DNA from: an uncultured Chloroflexia bacterium
GTDB taxonomy: Bacteria; Chloroflexota; Limnocylindria; Limnocylindrales; CSP1-4
DNA length: 64,000 bases
Assembly (NCBI GenBank): GCA_963766735.1
Contig: CAVYBU010000003.1
Span: forward strand, 288,001 to 352,000
Direction: 5' to 3'
The position numbers and the translations under genes are program-made. Shown one piece after another: positions 1 to 10,809 of the stretch (its first letter is position 1; each line of letters begins with the position of its first letter). Below the pieces are notes generated by a model that had not been told where the DNA came from, did no database searches, and worked only from the letters and a program-made list of their open reading frames with translations.

Positions 1-783
1 ACGTCACCGGCTACTTCCTGGCCGGCACGTCGGGCGCCAGCTACGTCCCGCTCGCCCCGGCCCGGGTGCTCGACACGCGGTCCGGCAACGGCCTGTCGGG
101 CGCGTTCAAGTCCGGGGTCGCCCGCACCTTCCAGGTCGCGGGCCAGGGCGGGGTGCCCGATGACGCGGTCGCCGTGACCGGCAACCTCACGGTCACCCGC
201 CAGACGAGCAGCGGCTACGTCGCGCTGACCACGAGCCCCACCAACAGCCCCAAGACCTCCACCCTCAACTTCCCCAAGGGCGACACCCGGGCCAACGGCG
301 TCACGGTCCAGCTCGACACGAAGGGCAGGCTCTCGGCCACGTTCCGGGGAGCGTCGGGGGCCACCACCGCGCTCGTGTTCGACGTCACCGGCTACTTCCT
401 GGCCGGCACGTCGGGCGCCAGCTACGTCCCGCTCGCCCCGGCCCGGGTGCTCGACACGCGGTCCGGCAACGGCCTGTCGGGCGCGTTCAAGTCCGGGGTC
501 GCCCGCACCTTCCAGGTCGCGGGCCAGGGCGGGGTGCCCGATGACGCGGTCGCCGTGACCGGCAACCTCACGGTCACCCGCCAGACGAGCAGCGGCTACG
601 TCGCGCTGACCACGAGCCCCACCAACAGCCCCAAGACCTCCACCCTCAACTTCCCCAAGGGCGACACCCGGGCCAACGGCGTCACGGTCCAGCTCGACAC
701 GAAGGGCAGGCTCTCGGCCACGTTCCGGGGAGCGTCGGGGGCCACCACCGCGCTCGTGTTCGACGTCACCGGCTACTTCCTGC
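1..783 (+). repeat. 381-bp apparently identical tandem repeat, at least 2 copies
   Basis: acgtcaccggctacttcctg recurs at 1, 382 and 763; the translated units are identical. Confidence 0.95.
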
Positions 784-788
784 CCTGA
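1..788 (+). CDS. C-terminal part of a secreted/surface protein built from 127-aa tandem repeat domains (5' end outside window)
   Basis: Open frame from the window edge to TGA at 786-788. Repeated domain 'YVPLAPARVLDTRSG...LVFDVTGYF'. Confidence 0.75.
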   Translation, partial: VTGYFLAGTSGASYVPLAPARVLDTRSGNGLSGAFKSGVARTFQVAGQGGVPDDAVAVTGNLTVTRQTSSGYVALTTSPTNSPKTSTLNFPKGDTRANGVTVQLDTKGRLSATFRGASGATTALVFDVTGYFLAGTSGASYVPLAPARVLDTRSGNGLSGAFKSGVARTFQVAGQGGVPDDAVAVTGNLTVTRQTSSGYVALTTSPTNSPKTSTLNFPKGDTRANGVTVQLDTKGRLSATFRGASGATTALVFDVTGYFLP

Positions 789-842
789 TACCCCGGGGGC
801 CATCATCGACCGCCTCCGGGCCGGCCAGTACACTCAGCCGAC

Positions 843-1643
843 ATGACGATCGATCACGCCTCGCCTGATCCCGCCTCGGCCGAGCGCGCCGTCCGCACGA
901 TCGGTGCCGGCACCTGGGTGGTCCTGCCCACGTACAACGAGGCGGGCAACCTCCCCGACATCTCGGTGGCGATCCTCGAGGCGCTGCCGGGTGCGGTCCT
1001 GCTGGTGGTGGACGACGCGTCACCGGACGGGACGGGCGACCTGGCCGACGGGCTGGCCGCGGCCGACGCGCGGATCCGCGTCCGCCACCGAGCAGCCAAG
1101 GAGGGGCTCGGCCGCGCCTATCTCGACGGCTTCGGCATCGCGCTGGCCGCCAGTGCCGCATCCGTTGTCCAGATGGACGCCGACTGGTCGCACGACCCGG
1201 CGGCGCTCCCGGGCCTGGTGGCGCCCCTGATGGACGGGCGGGCCGACCTGGTGATCGGGTCACGGTACGTGAGCGGCGGAGGCGTGACCGACTGGGGTCT
1301 GTTCCGGCGGCTGGTCTCGCGCGGCGGGTCCATCTTCGCGCGGACCGTCCTGGGGCTGCGTCCGCACGATCTGACGGGAGGCTTCAAGGCCTGGCGCGCG
1401 AGCACCCTCGCGGCCGTCCCCTTCGATGGCGTGCGTGCCGGCGGCTACGTGTTCCAGATCGAGATGACCTACCGCGCGTCCCGCCTCGGCGCCCGTGTGG
1501 TCGAGGTCCCGATCACCTTCCGGGACCGCCGGATCGGCCAGTCGAAGATGAGCCGGCGGATCATCGTGGAAGCACTGCTGGTCGTCATCACGCTGCGCTG
1601 GGACGAGCTGCGTCGCCGTCGACCGCGCCGGCCCGGCCGGTGA
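843..1643 (+). CDS. Polyprenol monophosphomannose synthase-like GT2 glycosyltransferase
   Basis: Motifs VVLPTYNEA, VVDDASPDGTG, QMDADWSHDP, DLTGGFKAW, GYVFQIEM, FRDRRIGQSKMS. Confidence 0.9.
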   Translation: MTIDHASPDPASAERAVRTIGAGTWVVLPTYNEAGNLPDISVAILEALPGAVLLVVDDASPDGTGDLADGLAAADARIRVRHRAAKEGLGRAYLDGFGIALAASAASVVQMDADWSHDPAALPGLVAPLMDGRADLVIGSRYVSGGGVTDWGLFRRLVSRGGSIFARTVLGLRPHDLTGGFKAWRASTLAAVPFDGVRAGGYVFQIEMTYRASRLGARVVEVPITFRDRRIGQSKMSRRIIVEALLVVITLRWDELRRRRPRRPGR

Positions 1644-2923
1644 CCTCACCCGGCGGTCGGCACGGCTGGCGCCCGGGATCGGCTCCGGTCGAGCACGCCG
1701 CGTCCCCCGGCGTCCGCATCGTCATCGACGTCCGGCCGCTGCAGGATCCGGAGCGCGCGCCGCTGACGGCCGCCTACCTCGATGGCCTGCTGGGCGCGCT
1801 GGATGCCGATCCCCGCGACGGCGAGTCGTTCGCCTTCATGCTGGCGATGGGACGCGAGGACCCGACGACCCGCTGGTCGAACCTGGACGTCGTGGGCAGG
1901 CGGCTGCTGCCGCCCACGCGCCTGCTCCGATCAGGGGCGCTGACCGTGGATCCCCTGATGCTCCGCGGGGCGTCCGTCGGGGCGGGCTGGAACGCCGAGC
2001 TGGGCGGTGCGTCCGGAACCGTCTACCACGCTGCCGCGGGGGCGCTGCCGATCGGTTCCCGGATTCCGGTGGTGGCGACGCTCCTGGACCTGGCTCCCTG
2101 GGCGATGCCGGACGAGTACCAGCGCGGGATCGCGGCGCGGTTCGGCCAGCGGCTGCGGGCCCGGATCCTGAAGGACGCCGCCGCCGTCATCGTCCCGGGC
2201 AAGGCGACCGCAGCGGAGGCCAAGCGCCTGCTCCACGTCCGATCGGCCCGGCTGCGGGTGGTTCCGCTCGCCGCCCGGCCGGCGTTCCGCCCCGAGGCCG
2301 CCGCCGGGGCGCCGGCCGAGCGGTCCCGGCTGGGTCTGGGCGATCGATATGCGGTCTACGCGGGCCGGTACGACGCCCGCCAGGATCTGCCGACCCTGCT
2401 CGATGCCCTTGCTCGCCTCGCCGCAGAGCCCGCGCCGCTCGGGGTGGCATCCGGGGACTGGCCTCCACGCGTGTGCCTCGTGGGGGCGTCGCCGGCCGAC
2501 CGCGCGTCACTCTCCCGCGCGGCGGTGAAGACCGGGATGGCCGACGCGATCGTCTATGCCCAGGGAATGGATGACGACCGCCTTGCCGCCCTGGTGGCCG
2601 GGTCGCGGCTCCTGGTGCTGCCGGTTCGGTCAGAGGCATCGGGCTTCTCGGCGCTGGACGCGCTGGCAGCGGGTGTGCCGGTCGTCGCGAGTGCCGTCGG
2701 CGTGCTGCCGGAGATCGTGGGCGCAGCCGGGATCCTCGTGGATCCGGGTGATCCGGCCCGCCTGGCAACCGCGATCCGCGCCGCCTGGGGGGACGATGAC
2801 CTGCACGCGTCGTTGGTGGCGGCCGCGGCCGAACGGCCCGCGGCCCGGCGAAGCTGGGCTGACGTGGCGCGGGAGACCCGCGCGATCTGGTCCGAGGTGG
2901 CCCGGCGGGCGCCGCTGATCTAG
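1640..2923 (+). CDS. GT4-family glycosyltransferase
   Basis: N-terminal RIVIDVRPLQ and C-terminal EASGFSALDALAAGVPVVAS. GTGA overlap with the upstream gene. Confidence 0.8.
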   Translation: MTSPGGRHGWRPGSAPVEHAASPGVRIVIDVRPLQDPERAPLTAAYLDGLLGALDADPRDGESFAFMLAMGREDPTTRWSNLDVVGRRLLPPTRLLRSGALTVDPLMLRGASVGAGWNAELGGASGTVYHAAAGALPIGSRIPVVATLLDLAPWAMPDEYQRGIAARFGQRLRARILKDAAAVIVPGKATAAEAKRLLHVRSARLRVVPLAARPAFRPEAAAGAPAERSRLGLGDRYAVYAGRYDARQDLPTLLDALARLAAEPAPLGVASGDWPPRVCLVGASPADRASLSRAAVKTGMADAIVYAQGMDDDRLAALVAGSRLLVLPVRSEASGFSALDALAAGVPVVASAVGVLPEIVGAAGILVDPGDPARLATAIRAAWGDDDLHASLVAAAAERPAARRSWADVARETRAIWSEVARRAPLI

Positions 2924-4158
2924 GGATCCAGGCCGGCAGCCACCGCCTGCGGCGCCGGCCGGACCGGCACCTTGCCGTTCTTGATGGTGATCTTCGTTCC
3001 CGCGGGCACCACCTGCACGAAGGTCTGGCCCATCGTCAGGGTCACCGGCTTCCCGTCCTTCGTGAAGAAGCGGGTGGCACCGGTGAGGGAGCTCTTCTTC
3101 CACGTTCCCTTGACGGTCTTGCCGTTCGTGGCGATCCAGGCCGTGCCGGTGCCCGTGAACTGTGCTTCCAGGCGGTGCTTCGTGGACCCGTCGTTGAGTG
3201 GCCCGAACCGCATGAGCATGATCACGACGTTCTTCGGACCGATCCGCTCCTTGGTGCCGGCGTCCACCTGCTTGCCCTCGCGCGTGACCGTGCGGAGCCA
3301 CCGGTTCGATTTTCGGTCGTACGCGTAGGTGATCTTGTTCGCGAGGTACGGGACGACGAGCTTGCTGCCCTCGGGCCGTCTGTCGAGCTGGGCGTCGGGG
3401 GCGAATTCCCAGGCCGCCTTGTAGTCCATCGACTTGGCGCCCACGGCCTTGGCGAGGGCGCGGAGCTTCTTGGCGTCCGAGTACACGTTGTGCGGTGCCC
3501 ACCGCTCCTTGATCCGGTACAGGTAGCGGCCGCCCCAGCGAAACTCGTCGGCGTCGTACACGACCTTGCCCTTGCCCTGGGAGGACCGGAGCAGCGCGAG
3601 CGCCTGCGGCGAGCCGCCGGCGTGGACGTAGACCGACCGCCACTCAGCCGCCCAGGCGATGAAGTAGAGGCGCGAGCTGCGGACCGGGCCGACGGACGGC
3701 GGGTCCGTGTCCTGGAACAGGGCCATGTAGCGCGGGATCCCACCCTCCGCTGGGGCCTGCCAGACGACGCCCGCCCTGCTGAGGCCGGACTGCGGCCGGG
3801 CGGCGGACTGGTCGTCGATCATCACCGCGATGACGTGGCGTTTCGCCACCGCCTCGGTGACCGGCAGGCCGGTGAGGGGAGCGGCGACGATTCGAGGGGT
3901 GGGCTCCGGGGTTGGGGTGGGCTCGGGTGTCGGCGATGGAGTCGGGGTCGGCTCGGGGGTGGGCGTTGGCTGTGGTGTTGGCGTCGGTTCCCGCGTGGGG
4001 GCCTGGGCCACTGACGGCGATGCCCCAGGGCTCACGATGGCCTGGGCGGGAGCAGGGGAGCTGGCGGGCCCGAGCGCCAGGTTGCCCGCGACCACGCCGA
4101 CGACAACGCCCAGGGTGAGGGTGGCGGCGGCCAGCAGGACCACGATCCGACGATTCAT
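2920..4158 (-). CDS. DUF3048-family secreted/membrane-anchored protein
   Basis: N-terminal hydrophobic helix, PT linker, motifs APLTGLP, AVMIDD...ARPQSGL, EGGIPRY, GPVRSSR, APHNVY. Confidence 0.8.
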   Translation of the reverse strand: MNRRIVVLLAAATLTLGVVVGVVAGNLALGPASSPAPAQAIVSPGASPSVAQAPTREPTPTPQPTPTPEPTPTPSPTPEPTPTPEPTPRIVAAPLTGLPVTEAVAKRHVIAVMIDDQSAARPQSGLSRAGVVWQAPAEGGIPRYMALFQDTDPPSVGPVRSSRLYFIAWAAEWRSVYVHAGGSPQALALLRSSQGKGKVVYDADEFRWGGRYLYRIKERWAPHNVYSDAKKLRALAKAVGAKSMDYKAAWEFAPDAQLDRRPEGSKLVVPYLANKITYAYDRKSNRWLRTVTREGKQVDAGTKERIGPKNVVIMLMRFGPLNDGSTKHRLEAQFTGTGTAWIATNGKTVKGTWKKSSLTGATRFFTKDGKPVTLTMGQTFVQVVPAGTKITIKNGKVPVRPAPQAVAAGLDP

Positions 4159-4436
4159 CGGGTTCGGGTGCCCTGGATGTGGCAGATCAAGATGCTGGTC
4201 CCCGGTCACAGCCTACGGAGATGCAACCACCGGGCGGACCACACGGCCCGCCGGTCCGGCCGGAGGATATCCCAAGAAGCGGGGGATCACCCGCGACGGC
4301 TCATGGGCGATGCGGACGTCACGCCGGCGGCCGGCCCCGGGTCGATACGTCGATTGGGACCTCCGGCCGTGGGCGGGCGGGCGCCGCTGGGGTAGGCTCC
4401 ATGCCACCGGCCCACCCGTGCACCGCGAGGATCCCC

Positions 4437-5072
4437 ATGACAGAAGAGACACCCAGCCCTACGAAGCCCTCCCGCCGGCGAACGCCCAAGGGCGACGTGC
4501 CGCCCGCGGTCGCGGCCCCGGTCGACCAGCCTGGCGTGGAGCAGGGAGCCGCCCCCGCGGTGGATGCCGACGCCCCGGCCCCCGCCGAGCCGGCCCCCGT
4601 CACCGCGGCCGAGCCGGCCCCCGCGCCCGTCACCGCCATCTCGAGCCTCCGCCTCGAGCGTGGCGGTATCGGTGAGGCAACCGCCGAGACCGTCGAGGTC
4701 CGGATAGGCGGCATCGGCGCGCTGGATGCCGACGACGTCTTCGTCCAGCTCGGAGGCGTGGGTGCCGCGAAGGCCGAGCGCGTGAGCGTGGAGTTCGGGT
4801 CGGTTGGCGCCGCGATGACCGGCGAGCTTCGTGTCACCCAGGGGTACGCCGGGAGCGTCCTCGCCCGCGAGGCAACAATCGAGCAGAGCTTCGTCCGGAT
4901 GCTTGTCGCCCAGCGGGTGCACATCGCGCGTCCAAGCGCCGTGTTCGTGATCATCGCCAAGCAGGTCTCGGGCGAGATCCGGCCGCTCCTGGATTGGCGG
5001 GGTGCGCTCGCCTTCGGTGCGGCGTTCGGGCTGGTCTCAGGCCTGGCGGGCCTGGCGCGTCGCAGAGGCTAG
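4437..5072 (+). CDS. Hypothetical protein with Pro/Ala-rich N-terminus, beta-helix-like middle and C-terminal TM segment
   Basis: GAGG RBS before ATG 4437; plausible coding pattern. Confidence 0.6.
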   Translation: MTEETPSPTKPSRRRTPKGDVPPAVAAPVDQPGVEQGAAPAVDADAPAPAEPAPVTAAEPAPAPVTAISSLRLERGGIGEATAETVEVRIGGIGALDADDVFVQLGGVGAAKAERVSVEFGSVGAAMTGELRVTQGYAGSVLAREATIEQSFVRMLVAQRVHIARPSAVFVIIAKQVSGEIRPLLDWRGALAFGAAFGLVSGLAGLARRRG

Positions 5073-5126
5073 ACCAGGCCTGGTGGGCCAGGCGCGTCGC
5101 AGAGGCTAGACCAGGGCTGGCGGGCC
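5041..5126 (+). repeat. 37-bp tandem duplication (about 2.3 copies) spanning a stop codon
   Basis: gcctgg(c/t)gggcc(t/a)ggcgcgtcgcagaggctagaccag at 5041 and 5078. Confidence 0.85.
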
Positions 5127-5205
5127 CGATCACCGTCCCAACCGACACCAGGCCGGGCCTGGCGATACCGCATGCAGGCGTCCAGGGCGTCCCGGACCAC
5201 CCGGC

Positions 5206-6045
5206 TCAAGGTGTCCGGCGGGCCTTGCCTGGCTGGACCTTCGCCGCGGAGAAGACTCCCGCCGCGATCTGCTCGGCTCGACGCTGCGCGGAGCGCTCCT
5301 GGTGGAGGGCGACAACGTCCACGGGCGCGCCCTCCAGGATGAGGTGGCCCTTTTCGATCAGCATCGCCCGGTTGCAGTACTCCGTGACCCAGTTCATGTC
5401 GTGGGTCACCAGGACGATGGCCTTGGCCTCCCGCACGAGCTCGCCGACCCGCTCCTTGGACTTCTCGCGGAAGGCGGCGTCGCCGGTGGCCAGGACCTCG
5501 TCCAGGAGCAGGATGTCCGGTTCCACCGAAGTCGCGATCGAGAAGCCCAGGCGGGCGCGCATGCCGGACGAGTAGGTCTTGAGAGGTGCGTCGATGAAGT
5601 CGCCCAGGTCCGCGTAGTCCACGATCCCCGGTAGCTTCTGCTCCACCAGTCGGTGGTCCAGGCCCATGAACGCGCCGGCCAGGCGGATGTTGTCCGTGCC
5701 GCTCAGGTCCTGGTCGAAGCCGACGCCGAGGGTGAGCAGGCTGGAGATGTGGCCGTCCACCGCCACGTCGCCTTCGGACGGCGTGATGATCCCCGCGAGG
5801 ACCTGCAGGAGGGTGCTCTTGCCCGCGCCGTTGGGCCCGATGACGCCAAGCGACTCGCCCTGGCGGACGGCGAAGGAGACCTCGCGCAGGGCCCAGAACG
5901 AGGTGTCACCCTCGCGCCGGACGCGCCGGACGACCGTCTGCTTGAGGGTCTGCTTCTTGGTCAGGCGCAGGTTGTACTTGACGCCCAGGTTCCGGGCCTC
6001 GATCGCGGTTGTTTCCGAGGCGAAGGCGGGCATGGAGAGCGTCAT
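5206..6045 (-). CDS. Polysaccharide ABC exporter ATP-binding subunit (Wzt/TagH-like)
   Basis: FWALREVSF, Walker A GPNGAGKST, YSSGMRARLGF, LLLDEVLATGD. ATGA overlap with the permease. Confidence 0.9.
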   Translation of the reverse strand: MTLSMPAFASETTAIEARNLGVKYNLRLTKKQTLKQTVVRRVRREGDTSFWALREVSFAVRQGESLGVIGPNGAGKSTLLQVLAGIITPSEGDVAVDGHISSLLTLGVGFDQDLSGTDNIRLAGAFMGLDHRLVEQKLPGIVDYADLGDFIDAPLKTYSSGMRARLGFSIATSVEPDILLLDEVLATGDAAFREKSKERVGELVREAKAIVLVTHDMNWVTEYCNRAMLIEKGHLILEGAPVDVVALHQERSAQRRAEQIAAGVFSAAKVQPGKARRTP

Positions 6046-6908
6046 AGGACCTTCGCGAAGGACGGCTCGAGCCGCTTGAACAGGAGGATGGCGAGGGCGA
6101 GCAGGACCAGCGACACGAGCAGGACGACCAGCAGCGGCCCCCATTCCGGCGCCCGACCATAGTAGATGAGGTCCCGGTAGCCGCCCAGCAGGTAGGTCCA
6201 GGGATTGATGGCGTACCAGAACGCGACGCCCTCGTGGTTCTTGGCGAGCTTGGTCACCTCCTCGAGACCGTACAGGGCAGGCGACAGGTAGAACCAGAAG
6301 CGCAGGAGGTGCCGGGACAGGTTGCCGATGTCCCGGTAGAAGACGTTGACCGCGGCCAGCGCGGTCGCCACCGCCAGCGAGAACACCAGCTGGACGACAG
6401 CCACCACCGGGATGAGCAGGACCCACAGCGACGCACGCTCCGGGTAGGCGATCACCATCAGCGCGGTCAGCGGGATGAGGCCGAATGCGAAGTGGACGAT
6501 GCCGGAGACGGTGGTCGCGAACGGCAGCACGAGCTTCGGGAAGTAGATCTGCTTGACCAGGCGCTCCTGGGTCGCAACGGAGCCCACGCCGTCGCGGACG
6601 GTCGACTCGAACCATTTCCAGGGCAGGATCGCGGCCAGGATGAACAGCGGATAGTCGGGCCCGCCCCGCTGCAGGATGACGCCCACCAGCACGTAGTAGA
6701 CGAGCATCTGGAGCAGGGGATCGATGATCCACCAGACGTTGCCCAGCAACGTGTCCGCGCCGCTCTTCTTGAGGTCGGCACGTACCAGGTATGCGATAAG
6801 CCGCCGGCGGGACAGCGTCTCCCTGATGCCGAGGCGGATGAGCGCGAGCGATCCGGGCCGTACCGACGACGACCGGAACGAGGCGGGGACCTCGGAACGG
6901 GCAGTCAC
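6042..6908 (-). CDS. Polysaccharide ABC exporter permease (Wzm/TagG-like)
   Basis: LGNVWWIIDPL, IYFPK, VFYRDIGNL, INPWT; multiple TM helices. Start codon uncertain. Confidence 0.88.
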   Translation of the reverse strand: MTARSEVPASFRSSSVRPGSLALIRLGIRETLSRRRLIAYLVRADLKKSGADTLLGNVWWIIDPLLQMLVYYVLVGVILQRGGPDYPLFILAAILPWKWFESTVRDGVGSVATQERLVKQIYFPKLVLPFATTVSGIVHFAFGLIPLTALMVIAYPERASLWVLLIPVVAVVQLVFSLAVATALAAVNVFYRDIGNLSRHLLRFWFYLSPALYGLEEVTKLAKNHEGVAFWYAINPWTYLLGGYRDLIYYGRAPEWGPLLVVLLVSLVLLALAILLFKRLEPSFAKVL

Positions 6909-7036
6909 GGCCGGGAGGGTAGCACACGGGCCGCCCTGCCCAGACACGCGTGAGCATGGGGTACCATCGCGCCGCGCCGACCATCGCACGCATTCGTCGC
7001 GGCGACGGCCACCACCAACGAGGATCCTCCGGCCCC

Positions 7037-8758
7037 ATGACCCAACGCGCCCGGCCGGGTACGAACCGTCCCCGCATGCGGGACGACCGGACCCGTCGCT
7101 CGATGCTCATGAACATCGGCTTCGGCCTGACGGTCGTTGTCGCCCTCCTGCTGCTGGCAATTGCCGGTGGCGCAGCCTGGTATGGCGACCACCTTGCCCC
7201 GGTGGCTGAGGTGAACGGCCAGACCATCACCAAGGACTCCTACGCCCGGCAGCTGGATGTCAACGCGTTCCGGATCGACTACCAGCAGCGGCGCATCCGC
7301 ACCCTTCTCACGGCCGGCCAGATCCGCACCGCGGACGCAACGGCCCGTCAGGGAGTCCTCGACCAGCGCCTGCAGCAGGCGGACACCATCGCGCTCGAGC
7401 AGCTCATTGATGGGGCGATCCAGGCGGACCTGGCCACCCAGCAGGGCGTGACGATCACGGACGCCGACGTCGATGCCAGGCTCGTCGAGGAAGCCACGAC
7501 GCCCGAGATGCGCCACGCGTGGATGATCGAGGTCGCGCCCGAGATCCCCACCGGCGCGAGCGTCGCCTCGGATGCGACGAAGGCTGCCGCGAAGGCGACG
7601 GCCGACAAGGCTCTCGCGGAGCTCAAGGCCGGCAAGGAGTGGTCCGAGGTCGCGAAGGCCGTTTCGACGGACGCCTCCAGCGAACAGGGCGGGGACCTCG
7701 GGTTCGTGGACGAGAACGCCGCGCTGGACGCGGCCTACTCGGAGGCGATCCAGGCCGCGGCCCTGGACACGCCCACGGATGTCATCGAGGGTGCGGACGG
7801 GTCTTACCGGATCGGTCTGGTCACCGACATCGTGGCGCCCGTCGTGGACGCGACCCTCGAGCAGCAGGTCGCGGACGCCGGCATCTCCACGGACGACTTC
7901 CGCGCCGCGCTCCGGCGTGACGTCACCCGGGCCAAGCTCAGCGACGCCATCCTCGCGCAGTATCTCGCCCCCGGGCCCCAGCGCAAGGTCGCGGAGATCT
8001 ACATGGCGGAAGGCACCAGCGAGAGCGAGGATGGCGCCATCAAGACGCGCCACATCCTGTACTCGCCCAACGACGACGCCCAGAACGCGGCCAACGTCGC
8101 CGCGGACGATCCCGCATGGACTGCCGCCGAGACCGCCGCCAGGGCCACGTACGAGAAGCTCAAGGCCGATCCCAGCCTGTTCGACTCGATCGCCCGCGCC
8201 GAGAGCGACGAGGGAGCGGCCCGCACCAGCGGTGGCAAGCTGCCGTACTTCGCGCCCATCGATTCCATCGACGCCGCGTTCGCGGAGGCGATCTTCAAGG
8301 GCGGCTTTGCGCCCGGCCAGCTGCTGGAGCCGGTCAGGTCGGCGTTCGGCTGGCACGTGATCCAGGTGATGCACTACCCCACGGATGCCGAGTGGGCGGC
8401 GCAGCTCACGGCCGACATCGATGCCGGCACGCTCCCGTTCGCCGACGCCGCCCGGGACAACTCGGACAATGCCGAGGCCGCCCAGGGCGGGGACATCGGG
8501 TGGGTCGGCAAGGGCCAGCTTCCCAAGGATGTCGAGCAGGCCGTCTTCGCGGCGCCGGTCGGCAAGGTCAGCGACCCGCTCGTGATCGCGGGTGACGGGT
8601 TGTACCTGTTCCTCGTGAGCGCGGAGGAGACGCGGGCGCCGGACGCCGAGCAGAAGGCTTCCCTCGAGTCTTCCGCATTCCCGACGTGGTACTCGGAGCA
8701 GAAGGCCGGCTTCGAGATCACCCGGAACACCGACCTCACCGGCTCAGCGACGGGCTGA
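7037..8758 (+). CDS. SurA/PrsA-like peptidylprolyl isomerase with multiple parvulin domains
   Basis: N-terminal TM, VAEVNGQTIT, GGDLGFV, RHILYS, SAFGWHVIQV, GGDIGWV. Confidence 0.85.
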   Translation: MTQRARPGTNRPRMRDDRTRRSMLMNIGFGLTVVVALLLLAIAGGAAWYGDHLAPVAEVNGQTITKDSYARQLDVNAFRIDYQQRRIRTLLTAGQIRTADATARQGVLDQRLQQADTIALEQLIDGAIQADLATQQGVTITDADVDARLVEEATTPEMRHAWMIEVAPEIPTGASVASDATKAAAKATADKALAELKAGKEWSEVAKAVSTDASSEQGGDLGFVDENAALDAAYSEAIQAAALDTPTDVIEGADGSYRIGLVTDIVAPVVDATLEQQVADAGISTDDFRAALRRDVTRAKLSDAILAQYLAPGPQRKVAEIYMAEGTSESEDGAIKTRHILYSPNDDAQNAANVAADDPAWTAAETAARATYEKLKADPSLFDSIARAESDEGAARTSGGKLPYFAPIDSIDAAFAEAIFKGGFAPGQLLEPVRSAFGWHVIQVMHYPTDAEWAAQLTADIDAGTLPFADAARDNSDNAEAAQGGDIGWVGKGQLPKDVEQAVFAAPVGKVSDPLVIAGDGLYLFLVSAEETRAPDAEQKASLESSAFPTWYSEQKAGFEITRNTDLTGSATG

Positions 8759-8781
8759 CGCAGGTCGAGGGCCGCTGAACG

Positions 8782-9942
8782 ATGCTGGACCCGCTCCTCG
8801 CCGAGGCCCGGCTCCGGTGGCGGCTGGACCCGGCGGCTGGCCTGTCGGTGGTCGTCGCTGAGCGGCTGATCGCCACGCCGATCGAGCCGTCGGTTCCCGT
8901 GCTGGTGGTGCCCGCGGCCTGGATGCAGGTCCCGACCGAGGCTGAGGCCGAGCCCTCGCCCCTGCCCGGACGTCACGGTCCGCGCGGCCTCGAGCCCCTG
9001 GCCGTGCTGCGCCGTCTCTACCCGGTTGATCACCCGGTGGGCCGGTTCGGCGCACCGGACGGGATGACGGTTGGCGAGCTGACGGCCGGGGATCTCGCCT
9101 CTCCCCTGTACCTGGCCCCGGTGGCGCCCGTGGCTGACGCCGCCTCGCCCTGGGGCATGCCCTGGATCTCGAACCGGCTCCGGGCGCCTGACGGCTGCCC
9201 GTGGGACCGGGAGCAGACCCACGATTCGCTCCGCAGCCATCTCCTGGAGGAGGCGTACGAGGTCTACGACGCGCTCGAGCACGGCGCCACGCCGGAGCTG
9301 GCGGGCGAGCTCGGGGACCTGCTTCTCCAGGTGGTGCTCCACGCGCAGCTGGCCGCCGAAGCCGGCGTGTTCGACATGACCGACGTGTGGGCCGCCATCG
9401 CCACCAAGATCGTGCGCCGCCACCCGCATGTCTTCGGAGACTCGGAGGCGCGCACCGCGGCGGACGTCAACCGCCAGTGGGAGAAGATCAAGGCCACCGA
9501 GCGAGCCGCCGCCGCCGATGCGACCGGCGCCGAGACGTCGAAGAGCGCGCTCGACGGGATCAGCCGATCCCTGCCGGCGCTAGCCGCCAGCCAGGAGATG
9601 CAGGAGCGGGCGGCCCATATCGGCTACGACTGGCCGTCGATCGACGGCGTCCTGGACAAGGTGCACGAGGAGGTCGTGGAGCTGGCGGAGGCCGAGGACC
9701 AGGCCCACCGCGCCGAGGAGCTGGGGGACCTGCTGTTCGTCCTGGTCAACGTCGGGCGCAAGACCGGCATCGAGGTCGAGGGCGCCCTGCGCGCGGCCAA
9801 CGAGAAGTTTCGCCGGCGGTTCCGGCACGTGGAGCTGGCGGCCGCCGCGCGCGGCGTCGCCCTCCGAGAACTCTCCTTCGAGGAGCTTGACGCGCTCTGG
9901 GATGCCGCAAAGGCGTTCGAGCGTGGGGAGGCATCGGCATGA
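8782..9942 (+). CDS. mazG: Nucleoside triphosphate pyrophosphohydrolase MazG
   Basis: [38 protein letters not shown], second EELGDLLF. Confidence 0.92.
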   Translation: MLDPLLAEARLRWRLDPAAGLSVVVAERLIATPIEPSVPVLVVPAAWMQVPTEAEAEPSPLPGRHGPRGLEPLAVLRRLYPVDHPVGRFGAPDGMTVGELTAGDLASPLYLAPVAPVADAASPWGMPWISNRLRAPDGCPWDREQTHDSLRSHLLEEAYEVYDALEHGATPELAGELGDLLLQVVLHAQLAAEAGVFDMTDVWAAIATKIVRRHPHVFGDSEARTAADVNRQWEKIKATERAAAADATGAETSKSALDGISRSLPALAASQEMQERAAHIGYDWPSIDGVLDKVHEEVVELAEAEDQAHRAEELGDLLFVLVNVGRKTGIEVEGALRAANEKFRRRFRHVELAAAARGVALRELSFEELDALWDAAKAFERGEASA

Positions 9943-10673
9943 GCATCGGCAATCGCCCCTACCAGCGCGCAGACGGGCGGGGACCCAACGACATACGCCC
10001 GATCTCGATCGAGCTGGGTGTCCAGAAGTGGGCCGAGGGATCGGCCATGATCCGCTTCGGGGACACGCAGGTCCTGTGCGCAGCCACGATCGAGGACCGC
10101 GTCCCGCCGCACCTGCGCGGCAAGGGCACGGGCTGGGTCACCGGTACCTACGAGATGCTGCCCCGGGCCACGGCAGAGCGCTCCGAGCGCGAGAGCGCCA
10201 GGGGCAAGATCGGCGGCCGGACGCACGAGATCCAGCGACTCGTCGGACGCTCGCTGCGCGGCGTCGTGGACCTCGCCCGGCTGGGCGAGCGGACCGTGAC
10301 CGTGGACTGTGACGTGATCGTGGCGGACGGTGGCACGCGTACGGCGTCCATCACGGGTGGCTACGTCGCCCTCGCGGCAGCGCTCATCACCTACGGTATG
10401 GAGCGGCACCTCGTGGGCCATGTGGCCGCCGTGTCCGTGGGGATCATCGACGGTGTGCACCTCCTTGACCTTGACTACAGCGAGGACTCGCGCGCGGAGG
10501 TGGACTTCAACGTGGTGGGCACCGACGCCGGTGCCTACGTGGAGCTGCAGGGGACCGCCGAGGGCAAGCCGTTCGACCGCGCGTCCCTGGACGAGCTGCT
10601 GGACCTGGCGAACGTCGGCCTGGGCCAGCTGTTCGCGGCGCAGGCGGCTGCCCTCGCCACGGTGCGGCGCTAG
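9939..10673 (+). CDS. rph: Ribonuclease PH
   Basis: [56 protein letters not shown]. Confidence 0.97.
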   Translation: MSIGNRPYQRADGRGPNDIRPISIELGVQKWAEGSAMIRFGDTQVLCAATIEDRVPPHLRGKGTGWVTGTYEMLPRATAERSERESARGKIGGRTHEIQRLVGRSLRGVVDLARLGERTVTVDCDVIVADGGTRTASITGGYVALAAALITYGMERHLVGHVAAVSVGIIDGVHLLDLDYSEDSRAEVDFNVVGTDAGAYVELQGTAEGKPFDRASLDELLDLANVGLGQLFAAQAAALATVRR

Positions 10674-10809
10674 TGGTGGAGGGCGGCCCTGCGTCCCGCG
10701 TACCAGCCGCCCGCTCGACTCTCCTGGGAATCGTCCGGCGGATGTCCACGCACGGCTCGACGCGCCAAGCCGGCGTTCAGGCGTCGATCCCTGAACGGGG
10801 CACCGCGAC

